In this document: positions 1 to 7,597 of the stretch, piece by piece
Layout of the letters: each line of letters begins with the position of its first letter
Position numbering within the stretch: the stretch's first letter is position 1
From: Parcubacteria group bacterium Gr01-1014_31
GTDB taxonomy: Bacteria > Patescibacteriota > Patescibacteriia > Buchananbacterales > GWA2-38-13
Reading direction: 5' to 3'
Length of the DNA: 64,000 nt
Assembly (NCBI GenBank): GCA_007376135.1
Contig: VMFR01000001.1
Coordinates: 9,259 to 73,258, forward strand
Translations under genes and position numbers: made by a program
Notes under the pieces: generated by a model
Seen by the model: only the letters and a program-made list of their open reading frames with translations
Told to the model about the DNA's origin: nothing
Databases searched by the model: none

Positions 1-26
1 GTGAGCTGCGGGTAAATTACGATGAT

Positions 27-482
27 GTGCAGAACTCCATGAATATCATGGGGCAGTACGACCCTGACTACGGCACGATCAAGCTCCCGCTCACGCCCGA
101 GCTGCAGCAGCGGTACATCGCGATCGGCAGCCGGATCGCGTGCGAATACTGCTGCGGCGCGAAGATGATCGTCTTTCCCAACGGCAAGGCGGCCTGCGGC
201 TGCGCCCACTCGCAGGCAATGCGCGGTCTGATCGTCTACCTGTTGACCAAGCATCCCGCTGAATTCAGCGATGACCGTATCCTGCAGGAATTGGCGCGGT
301 GGAAAGCGCGTTTCTTCCCCAAGCAGATGATCGCCAAGGTCGCAGATCAGCGCGCGTCGGGCCAGTACACGCCTGATGTGGCGGCCCTTCTCTTGAACCA
401 GCCGACCGGGGGGTCGCGCAGCACTGCCGCACCGCTGCCATCCAGCCTGCAAAATCTGCCGAACATGGTCGGCGGTTGCTAA
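27..482 (+). CDS. Cys-rich protein (CxxCC...CGC) with C-terminal tail APLPSSLQNLPNMVGGC; possibly 5'-partial (frame open to window edge)
   Basis: ORF track; GTG at 27 or ATG at 39/48; frame has no stop back to nt 3; shares its last ~18 codons with the next ORF. Confidence 0.45.
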   Translation: MQNSMNIMGQYDPDYGTIKLPLTPELQQRYIAIGSRIACEYCCGAKMIVFPNGKAACGCAHSQAMRGLIVYLLTKHPAEFSDDRILQELARWKARFFPKQMIAKVADQRASGQYTPDVAALLLNQPTGGSRSTAAPLPSSLQNLPNMVGGC

Positions 483-533
483 TACCGTGCCGCGCCCAGC
501 AGATTCATCCTTCATTCTTCAATCCCTACTCGT

Positions 534-812
534 ATGGAAAATTGCACGCACCACGACCATAGCCATACTGTTCCGCACGCGGCGAGTGCTCCCGCCGCGC
601 CCGCATCAGAAACGCGCCGGCTTACCATCGCGCTGGTCGCCGTCACGGCGTTCCTCGGCATCCAAACCGTGCAGCTGGTTTCGCTGCGCCGCAGCCTGGC
701 GGCCGCACCGTCCGCTGCTGCTCCGGTCGCGGCGGCCGCGGCTGCCCCACAGGGTGCCGCTCCGCTGCCGTCCAGCCTGCAAAATCTGCCGAACATGGTC
801 GGCGGCTGCTAG
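534..812 (+). CDS. small membrane protein: His-rich N-terminus (CTHHDHSH), one TM helix, Ala/Pro linker, same C-terminal tail PLPSSLQNLPNMVGGC
   Basis: ORF track; ATG at 534; C-terminus encoded by a near-identical ~55-nt repeat of 422-482. Confidence 0.4.
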   Translation: MENCTHHDHSHTVPHAASAPAAPASETRRLTIALVAVTAFLGIQTVQLVSLRRSLAAAPSAAAPVAAAAAAPQGAAPLPSSLQNLPNMVGGC

Positions 813-815
813 GGT

Positions 816-1637
816 ATGCCGCGTTTCATGCGACCGACGTTCGCCGTTGCGATAGTGGCGGTGGCTGTTGCGGCGCTCAACGTCGCGGGCACCGCGCAGC
901 TATTCGGGCAGGTCAAATCCTCGCCAACTCCCGTGCCGCCTCCGCGTTTACAGGTGACCGTGGTCACCGATGCCGCCTGCGCCGAGTGCGCCTCGCTTGA
1001 ACCAGTGGTTGCCCAACTGGCGAAGTTCAATATTGTCCTGGAGCGGGCAACGTTTGAACGCAACAGCACGGAGGGGGCAGCCTTGCTGACGCGGTACGGC
1101 ATCGTTACCGTACCGACGTTGGTGGTGAGCGGCGATGTGGACGCCCTACCGGAACTGGCATCGTTTTGGCAGAAGCTGGGGCGGCGCGCGGCGGACGCCG
1201 TCATTCTTGATCCGCCCATTCCGCCCTACCGCGACGTGCAGAGCGGACAGATCCGCGGCCGGGTGGCCGTGACCCTGGTGGGCGATGCCGCTTGCACCAC
1301 CTGCTACGACGCGAATGAGCACCTGACCATTCTGGCACGCTTCGGCATCAAGGATGAAAACCCGCGCCGGGTGGACATCCGTTCCACGGACGGCCAAACA
1401 TTGCGCCGTGATTACGGCATTACCATGGTCCCGACGTTCGTGCTCACCGGCGAGGTTGGCGTTTACGAAGGGCTGTCGAACATTTGGGTACAAGTGGGTA
1501 CCACCGAAAAGGATGGCGCCTACGTTTTCCGGCAGGGGGTAGCGAGCATGGGCACGTACCGTGATCTGGCGACGGGCAAAATTATTTTGCCCACCCCGAC
1601 TCCCACACCCTCGCCGGTCCAAGGAGTCCAGCCATGA
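816..1637 (+). CDS. membrane-anchored protein-disulfide oxidoreductase-like protein with two thioredoxin-fold units (CAEC...VPT; CTTC...VPT)
   Basis: N-terminal hydrophobic anchor; two CxxC motifs each followed ~40 aa later by a cis-Pro-like VPT(L/F)V motif; starts 3 nt after previous stop. Confidence 0.6.
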   Translation: MPRFMRPTFAVAIVAVAVAALNVAGTAQLFGQVKSSPTPVPPPRLQVTVVTDAACAECASLEPVVAQLAKFNIVLERATFERNSTEGAALLTRYGIVTVPTLVVSGDVDALPELASFWQKLGRRAADAVILDPPIPPYRDVQSGQIRGRVAVTLVGDAACTTCYDANEHLTILARFGIKDENPRRVDIRSTDGQTLRRDYGITMVPTFVLTGEVGVYEGLSNIWVQVGTTEKDGAYVFRQGVASMGTYRDLATGKIILPTPTPTPSPVQGVQP

Positions 1638-2566
1638 ACGCCAATTCCGTCCGGGGACTGGCGAGGTCGCCCTGGTCGGCCGGGGTGGCAGGGATGCTTG
1701 GCATGGCCGGGCTGTACGCAACGATCGTTACCCTCCTGAGCCGGTCCGCGGGGCATACATGGGAGCAGTTCCTGCTCTACCGCTGGTGGATGCTGGCGAT
1801 GTTCCTCGCGTTTGGCATCCAGGTTGGTATCGTTCGGCTGCTGGCCCTGCGTCGTCACAACGCGATTCGCCAGGCGGCGGTGGCCGGCGGTACCGGTTCG
1901 GTGGCCATGGCGGCATGCTGCGCGCACCACGCCCTCGACTTTCTGCCGTTCATCGGGGGAACCTTGGTGGCGGGATTTGTCGTGCGCGCCCAGGCGCCGC
2001 TGCTGGCGGTGGGCGTGGCGTCGAACCTCGCCGGGATAGCGGTACTGTTGGGTCGGCTGTGGGGGGTTCCGTGGCGGCGATGGTTGGCGGTCCGCCGTTC
2101 TCGCACCGGTGGTCTTCGATCGCTGGCGTCCTTGGCGTACGCCGGCGGCGGTGCGTTGGCGGTCGTTATTGCCGCCGCGAGTTTCGGATTGTTGGGAATC
2201 AGCGCGGGGCCAGTGGAAAGCCCGACAGCACGACTCGCGGACATCCAGCGGCCGACGCGAAACGATGCGCAAGCCTCCATCGAGGTGACCGTCAGCCCGC
2301 TGCAGCTGGACCAACTCGGCGTCAGGTTTGCCGTCGGTCTCGAAACCCACACGGTCGAGCTGGACTACGATTTCGCGGCCCTCAGCAGTCTGACCGTCGA
2401 CCGTCGCACCTATGCCGCGCAGCGCTGGGAAGGCGGGCGCGGCGGGCATCACTTGTCCGGCATCTTGGTGTTCCCGCCGTTGCCCCCGCAGGCGCGCACC
2501 GTGGTACTGACCATGAACGGCGTCGGCGGCGTGGTCCGAAAATTCGACTGGTCGGTCACGCCGTAA
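1634..2566 (+). CDS. polytopic membrane protein with vicinal CC-HH motif (AMAACCAHH) in a TM helix plus ~120-aa C-terminal soluble domain
   Basis: ATGA start/stop overlap with upstream gene (translational coupling); 4-5 predicted TM segments; no family recognised. Confidence 0.5.
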   Translation: MNANSVRGLARSPWSAGVAGMLGMAGLYATIVTLLSRSAGHTWEQFLLYRWWMLAMFLAFGIQVGIVRLLALRRHNAIRQAAVAGGTGSVAMAACCAHHALDFLPFIGGTLVAGFVVRAQAPLLAVGVASNLAGIAVLLGRLWGVPWRRWLAVRRSRTGGLRSLASLAYAGGGALAVVIAAASFGLLGISAGPVESPTARLADIQRPTRNDAQASIEVTVSPLQLDQLGVRFAVGLETHTVELDYDFAALSSLTVDRRTYAAQRWEGGRGGHHLSGILVFPPLPPQARTVVLTMNGVGGVVRKFDWSVTP

Positions 2567-2639
2567 CGTGAGTTCACAAGCGGCGGGCAGGTGCTATACT
2601 GAAGCAACCTTCCCGCCGCTTTGCGGTTTTCTCTTAGTT

Positions 2640-4049
2640 ATGCGCCGTATTCTCATCGTCAATCCGAATCTCTACTCATCGCGCGCCACCGTGATGCGCG
2701 GGCGGCACCGGCCGCCGCTGGACTTGGCCTACATTGCCGCTCTCCTGCGCAACGATTTTGAAGTGCGGCTCGTGGACGCGCGCGTCGACAATCTTGATGT
2801 GTGCCAGATGTACGCGGAGGTGGCGGCCTATTCTCCCGAGGTGCTCATTACGACGACCACGCCCGTGGACCGCTGGGAGTGCCCGCAGTCCTATTTGGAG
2901 TCATTCTTCAGCTGGCTTGGCGATGTTGCCAACCTGCCCACCAAGCCCGTGATCATCGTCACGGGCACGCACGGCACCACGCAGCCCGACTGGCTGCTGC
3001 GCCGTTGCCCGTCCATCGATTTCTTGGTGCGCGGCGAACCTGAACGGACGTGTGAGGCGTTGGTGCGCGCAATTGCGGCCGGCGGCCATCCGTCCGTCAT
3101 CGCCGGAGTGTCGTACCGCCAGGAGGAAAAGATCCTGCACAATCAGGCAGCACCGCGCATTCTGGACCTGGACGCCCTGCCCTTGCCGGCCTACGACCTG
3201 CTGCCGATGGGCAAGTACCGCTACACGTTCGGCGACATCCCGCAACCGTTCTCCATCGTGCTGGCCACCCGCGGGTGCCCGTACCGCTGCACCTTCTGCT
3301 GCCGGGTCATGATGGAGAACGCCTACGTTACGCGCAAACCCCAGCAGGTGTACGATGAATTGAAGTACCTGCGCGAGCGGTTCGGCGTGCGCGGGATTTT
3401 TTTCCAGGACTGGGAGTTCACCATCAACAAGTTTTTCGTCAATGCGCTGATGGACCTGCTGCTCGCCAAGCCGTTGGGCATCACCTGGGGTTGTAACGCG
3501 CGCGCCAATGATTTCCAACAACCCCAACTGTTCGAGAAGATGCAGCGGGCCGGCTTGGTGCGGGTGAACATCGGCTTTGAGTCCGGTTCTCCCGAGGTCC
3601 TGGAGGCGGTCAACAAGAAGATCACGGTCGACGACCTGGCGCGGGCCATAGAAGTGACCCGGCGGCTGAAGCTGCACTTGGGAATGTACGCGCTGCTCAA
3701 CGCGCCCGGGGAAACGGCAAAAACCATCCGCGAAACCATGGCGTTCCTCAAGCGCCAGGGGATCAGTTCGATGAATTTCAACCTGGTCGTGCCGTACTTC
3801 GGCACCGCGGTGCACGAGCAGCTGCGCGAGCAGCTCGGCCCCGAAGCGGCCGAGCACCTGACCTGGGATACCATCGAAGAGTACGCCGGCCGCACCCGCA
3901 CGCAGTTGCCGCCTTGGCTGGCGCGCCTCTACCAGCGTCACACGAAATACCGCCTCTCCAGCGGGCCGATCTACTGGCTGCGCCCTGCGGTCTGGGCCGA
4001 GGTCGGGAGAAAGGTCGTGGGCCGCATGCATCCGCATGAGGGAAAGTAG
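2640..4049 (+). CDS. B12-binding-domain radical SAM protein
   Basis: N-terminal Rossmann-like B12-binding region (RILIVNPN...LDLAYIAALLR); CxxxCxxC cluster motif GCPYRCTFC; start moved to internal ATG 2640. Confidence 0.8.
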   Translation: MRRILIVNPNLYSSRATVMRGRHRPPLDLAYIAALLRNDFEVRLVDARVDNLDVCQMYAEVAAYSPEVLITTTTPVDRWECPQSYLESFFSWLGDVANLPTKPVIIVTGTHGTTQPDWLLRRCPSIDFLVRGEPERTCEALVRAIAAGGHPSVIAGVSYRQEEKILHNQAAPRILDLDALPLPAYDLLPMGKYRYTFGDIPQPFSIVLATRGCPYRCTFCCRVMMENAYVTRKPQQVYDELKYLRERFGVRGIFFQDWEFTINKFFVNALMDLLLAKPLGITWGCNARANDFQQPQLFEKMQRAGLVRVNIGFESGSPEVLEAVNKKITVDDLARAIEVTRRLKLHLGMYALLNAPGETAKTIRETMAFLKRQGISSMNFNLVVPYFGTAVHEQLREQLGPEAAEHLTWDTIEEYAGRTRTQLPPWLARLYQRHTKYRLSSGPIYWLRPAVWAEVGRKVVGRMHPHEGK

Positions 4050-4058
4050 CGTAGCGTT

Positions 4059-4086
4059 CAGCCGCCCTTTGCCGGGCGGTTTTTGT
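4059..4086 (+). terminator. rho-independent terminator after radical SAM gene
   Basis: stem CCGCCC / GGGCGG with 6-nt loop followed by TTTTT. Confidence 0.6.
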
Positions 4087-4106
4087 TTGGGCGTTCCGTC
4101 GGTTTG

Positions 4107-4115
4107 TGGTATAAT
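4107..4115 (+). promoter_or_regulatory. extended -10 element TGgTATAAT upstream of receiver gene
   Basis: TGnTATAAT match ~37 nt upstream of ATG 4152; upstream TTGTTT hexamer is spaced 21 nt (non-canonical). Confidence 0.4.
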
Positions 4116-4151
4116 TATGCCCTAGTATCAACGCGCGCGGGCGCGATTCTT

Positions 4152-4562
4152 ATGGCAACCAAGAGCACGAAGAAGCCGACAACCACGGCGGCGGGCGGCA
4201 AGGCCGTTCTCATCATCGAGGATGATGAATTTTTGGCAAAAATGATGGCCCGGATGCTGGAAGAGGCCGGGCTGCGGTGTACGCTGGCGGGGAACGGCAA
4301 AGAAGGCTTGCGGAAAGCGCAGGCGGATGTCCCGCAGCTCATCATCCTGGACATCATCCTGCCTGATTTGGACGGGTTTGCGATTTTGAGCAAATTGAAA
4401 GCCGCCGCCGCTACCAAAGCGGTTCCGGTCATCATCATTTCCAACCTTGGCCAGGAGGAAGACGTGCAGCAGGGTCTGCGGTTGGGCGCCAAGGACTACA
4501 TCGTAAAGAGCGACCTCAGCCTGGATGCGGTGGTGGCTAAGGTGATGAAGCAACTGAAATAA
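4152..4562 (+). CDS. stand-alone response-regulator receiver domain (CheY-like), likely pilus-associated
   Basis: phospho-acceptor Asp in IILDIILPDLDG, DYIVKSD motif; no output domain; immediately upstream of pilB/pilC. Confidence 0.8.
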   Translation: MATKSTKKPTTTAAGGKAVLIIEDDEFLAKMMARMLEEAGLRCTLAGNGKEGLRKAQADVPQLIILDIILPDLDGFAILSKLKAAAATKAVPVIIISNLGQEEDVQQGLRLGAKDYIVKSDLSLDAVVAKVMKQLK

Positions 4563-4565
4563 CAT

Positions 4566-4654
4566 TTGACTGTTGACCTTTGACCATTGACCGCGTTGAT
4601 GTTGGTCAAATTTCGCCGCTTGTCAAATGTTGCCGGTCAATGGTTAATGGTCAG
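4566..4654. promoter_or_regulatory. array of TTGAC(C) heptads (four tandem 7-bp units) followed by inverted GGTCAA copies, upstream of pilB
   Basis: TTGACTG TTGACCT TTGACCA TTGACCG at 4566-4593, then GGTCAA/GTCAA at 4604, 4622, 4635, 4642(GGTTAA), 4649(GGTCAG). Confidence 0.45.
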
Positions 4655-4655
4655 T

Positions 4656-6350
4656 ATGCACGTATCGGATGAACAACTGAAAGAGGCGCTGGTTTCGCGG
4701 CAGCTGTTGCCCGCGAGCCAGGTGAACGCTGCGTTCGCGAAGGCGGAGGCGCAGCATCTGTCTTTGCGCGAGGTGCTGTTGAACGATGATCTGATCGCCG
4801 ACGAGCACGTGGGCCGACTGATCGCCGACCTGCTGGGGGTCCCGTTCATTAACCTCCGCAAAGTGCAAATACCGGAGGCGGTGCTGCGGTTGATTCCGGA
4901 AGTGGTGGCCAAGAGCCGCCAGGTGATCGCGGTCAAACGCGATCGCGAGGGGTTGACGGTCGCGATGGCGGATCCCGACGACATGGAGGCGGTGGCGCTG
5001 GTGCAGAAGGCGACCGGCGAGCTGGTCACGCCGGCCTTGGCCACCCCGCGCGACCTCGGCGGCGCGTTGTCGCGGTACCGGAAGGGCTTGCAAGAGGATT
5101 TTTCCGCGCTGCTGACGGCGGCCGCGTCGGAAGCGGAAGCTGCCACCAAAGAGCAGGCAGTGGAACAGGCGGAAGCGACGGTAGTGCGCATTGTCGAACA
5201 GCTGCTCGCGTACGCCTATGAGAATAAAGCCTCCGACCTGCATCTGGAGCCGCAGCGCGACGCTCTGGTGGTGCGTTTCCGCATCGATGGCGTCCTGCAC
5301 GAGGTGGTCGCTCTGCCGAAAGCCATCGAACCGCAGATCGTCTCCCGCATCAAGGTATTGTCCAAATTGCGCACCGACGAGCATGCGGCGGCCCAAGACG
5401 GTAAATTTCGGTTCAGCGTTCCGGAAGAGCAGGTGGATGTCCGCGTTTCCATCCTGCCGGTGACCGCCGGTGAAAAAGTGGTCTTGCGGCTGTTATCGTC
5501 CAAGCAGCGGGAATTTTCCCTCGAGGATCTTGGCTTTGGGGCGGGCGATCTGAAAAAAGTGAAACTGGCGTTCAACAAACCGTACGGCATGATCCTGTCC
5601 ACCGGCCCGACGGGTTGTGGCAAGACCACGACGCTCTACGCCATCCTGCAGATCCTCAACAGCCGCGAGATCAATATTTCCACGATCGAAGACCCGGTCG
5701 AGTATGAGATCGCGGGCGTGAATCAGATCCAGGTCAACGCCAAGACGAATCTGACGTTCGCGGCCGGCCTGCGCTCCATCCTGCGCCAGGACCCCGACGT
5801 CATCATGGTCGGGGAGATCCGCGACGAGGAGGCGGCCGGCATCGCGGTTAACGCCGCCATGACCGGCCATCTGGTGCTCTCGACGCTCCACACCAATGAT
5901 GCCGCGACTTCGCTGCCGCGGCTGTTGGACATGCAGGTGGAACCGTTCCTCATCTCCAGCACTGTGAATGTCATTGTGGCGCAGCGTCTGGTGCGGCGCA
6001 TCTGTAGCCAGTGTTTGGTGAGCTACCAGGCCAAGCGCAAGGAGCTTGGGGCGACGCTTTCGCCGGCGCTGGTCACCCGCCATTTCGGAAACCGCGCGTC
6101 GGTGCGGCTGTACAAGGGCAAGGGGTGCCAGGTGTGCGGCGGTACCGGGTACCACGGCCGGGTCGGCATTTTCGAAGTTCTGGAGGTGACGGAGGCGGTA
6201 CGGCGGCTGATCATGGAGCGCGCCAACGCGGATATCATCAAGGCGGAAGCGGTCAAGGAGGGGATGACGACGATGTTGGATGATGGCCTGGCGAAAGCGG
6301 TGCAGGGGGCGACGACCATTGAGGAAGTCCTGCGGGCGACCCGCGAGTGA
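4656..6350 (+). CDS. pilB: type IV pilus assembly ATPase PilB (GspE family)
   Basis: GspII_E N-domain, Walker A GPTGCGKTTT, His/Asp boxes, tetracysteine CSQC...CQVC; start chosen at ATG 4656 (track start 4587 lies in the repeat array). Confidence 0.9.
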   Translation: MHVSDEQLKEALVSRQLLPASQVNAAFAKAEAQHLSLREVLLNDDLIADEHVGRLIADLLGVPFINLRKVQIPEAVLRLIPEVVAKSRQVIAVKRDREGLTVAMADPDDMEAVALVQKATGELVTPALATPRDLGGALSRYRKGLQEDFSALLTAAASEAEAATKEQAVEQAEATVVRIVEQLLAYAYENKASDLHLEPQRDALVVRFRIDGVLHEVVALPKAIEPQIVSRIKVLSKLRTDEHAAAQDGKFRFSVPEEQVDVRVSILPVTAGEKVVLRLLSSKQREFSLEDLGFGAGDLKKVKLAFNKPYGMILSTGPTGCGKTTTLYAILQILNSREINISTIEDPVEYEIAGVNQIQVNAKTNLTFAAGLRSILRQDPDVIMVGEIRDEEAAGIAVNAAMTGHLVLSTLHTNDAATSLPRLLDMQVEPFLISSTVNVIVAQRLVRRICSQCLVSYQAKRKELGATLSPALVTRHFGNRASVRLYKGKGCQVCGGTGYHGRVGIFEVLEVTEAVRRLIMERANADIIKAEAVKEGMTTMLDDGLAKAVQGATTIEEVLRATRE

Positions 6351-6385
6351 TCTTCCGGAGAAAATCAAGGTTAAAAACACAAGGC

Positions 6386-7594
6386 ATGCAATTCGCGTAT
6401 TCGGCAGCCACGGCGGACGGGAAGATGACCCGCGGCGTTGTGGCCGCAGCCAACCAGCGGGCCGCGATCGCGCTGCTTGAACGGCAGCAGCTGGTTGTCG
6501 TGAAGCTGGAGCGCCGTCGTGACGGCAAGGCTCAGGCGCTCTACCGCGTGCCGCTGTTGCAGCGGATGCTTTTGGCGCAGCACCTGTCGACGCTCCTAAG
6601 AGCCGGCGTCAGCTTGCTGGAAGGCCTGCGAGTGGTGCAGGAAGAGGCCCGCTCACGGCGATTACGCAAGCTGTTGGAACGCGTGCGGGTCAAAGTATCG
6701 TCCGGCACCACCTTTGCCGCCGCCCTCGAATCCCAGGGCGGGGCCTTTGACTCCCTATTTACCAGTTTGGTGCGCGTCGGCGAGTCCTCCGGCACGCTGG
6801 AGGAGAATCTTTCCTACCTCGCGGATGAATTGGAGAAACGGATGGCGCTCCACACCAAAGTGCGCTCGGCGTTGACGTATCCGGCGGTGGTCGTCGGCGT
6901 GACGGGCGTGCTGGGCGCGGTCCTCGCGTTCTTCGTATTGCCCAAGATTGTTCCGCTGTTCACCTCGCTCAAGGTGAAACTCCCGCTCTCGACGGAGATC
7001 CTGTTGAGGGTCGCCGGGTTCTCCCGCGACCACGGTATGCTCTCCCTGGCGCTCATCGCCGGCGCCATCATTGCTTTCCGTTTGCTGACCTTGCGGGGAC
7101 CGTTGCGGCGGCAATGGCATTGGTTCTTGCTGCGTTTGCCGGTGGTCGGCCGCATTACGCGAAGTTTGAACCTGGCCAACGCCTGCCGGACCCTGGGGAC
7201 GCTGTTGAAGAGCGGCGTGCCGTTGCTGGAGGCGCTTGATATCACCGCCGGCACACTGGGGAATACGGCGTACCGCGAGGAATTTTCCGCTCTGCGGGAT
7301 GCGGCCGGCACCGGCACCAGCCTCGCTGCAAGCATGGCGCAGCCCTCGCGGCGGAAGCTGTTCCCGCCCTTGACGCTGTCGCTGGTCCGGGTGGGCGAAT
7401 CCAGCGGGAAACTGGACGAGAGTTTGCTCTACCTGAACCGTTTCTACGAACGCGAGGTGGATAATTTAATGAAAGATCTGACGGTCATCCTGGAGCCGAT
7501 GCTGTTGGTGTTCATCGGACTGGTGGTGGCGTTCGTCGCCGGGGCCATCATTACGCCTATCTACCAGATCTCCGGCAGTCTGCGAGTGAGATGA
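6386..7594 (+). CDS. pilC: type IV pilus inner-membrane platform protein PilC (GspF family)
   Basis: two GspF repeats, 3 TM regions; start at ATG 6386 preceded by AAGG. Confidence 0.85.
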   Translation: MQFAYSAATADGKMTRGVVAAANQRAAIALLERQQLVVVKLERRRDGKAQALYRVPLLQRMLLAQHLSTLLRAGVSLLEGLRVVQEEARSRRLRKLLERVRVKVSSGTTFAAALESQGGAFDSLFTSLVRVGESSGTLEENLSYLADELEKRMALHTKVRSALTYPAVVVGVTGVLGAVLAFFVLPKIVPLFTSLKVKLPLSTEILLRVAGFSRDHGMLSLALIAGAIIAFRLLTLRGPLRRQWHWFLLRLPVVGRITRSLNLANACRTLGTLLKSGVPLLEALDITAGTLGNTAYREEFSALRDAAGTGTSLAASMAQPSRRKLFPPLTLSLVRVGESSGKLDESLLYLNRFYEREVDNLMKDLTVILEPMLLVFIGLVVAFVAGAIITPIYQISGSLRVR

Positions 7595-7597
7595 TCT

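Noticed and set aside
487-2571. Multiple long overlapping or antisense ORFs in the track (e.g. 487-855 +, 512-796 -, 809-1219 -, 1146-1721 -, 1520-2452 -, 1561-2571 +)
   Set aside because: These are Arg/Ala/Pro-rich translations typical of alternative frames in high-GC DNA. Each overlaps an ORF with clear domain content and lacks start context. The same applies to the many other antisense ORFs throughout the window.
4566-4654. CRISPR-like interpretation of the TTGACC repeats
   Set aside because: The units are 7 bp, contiguous and irregular with no spacers. No cas genes are present and no CRISPR array exists anywhere in the window.
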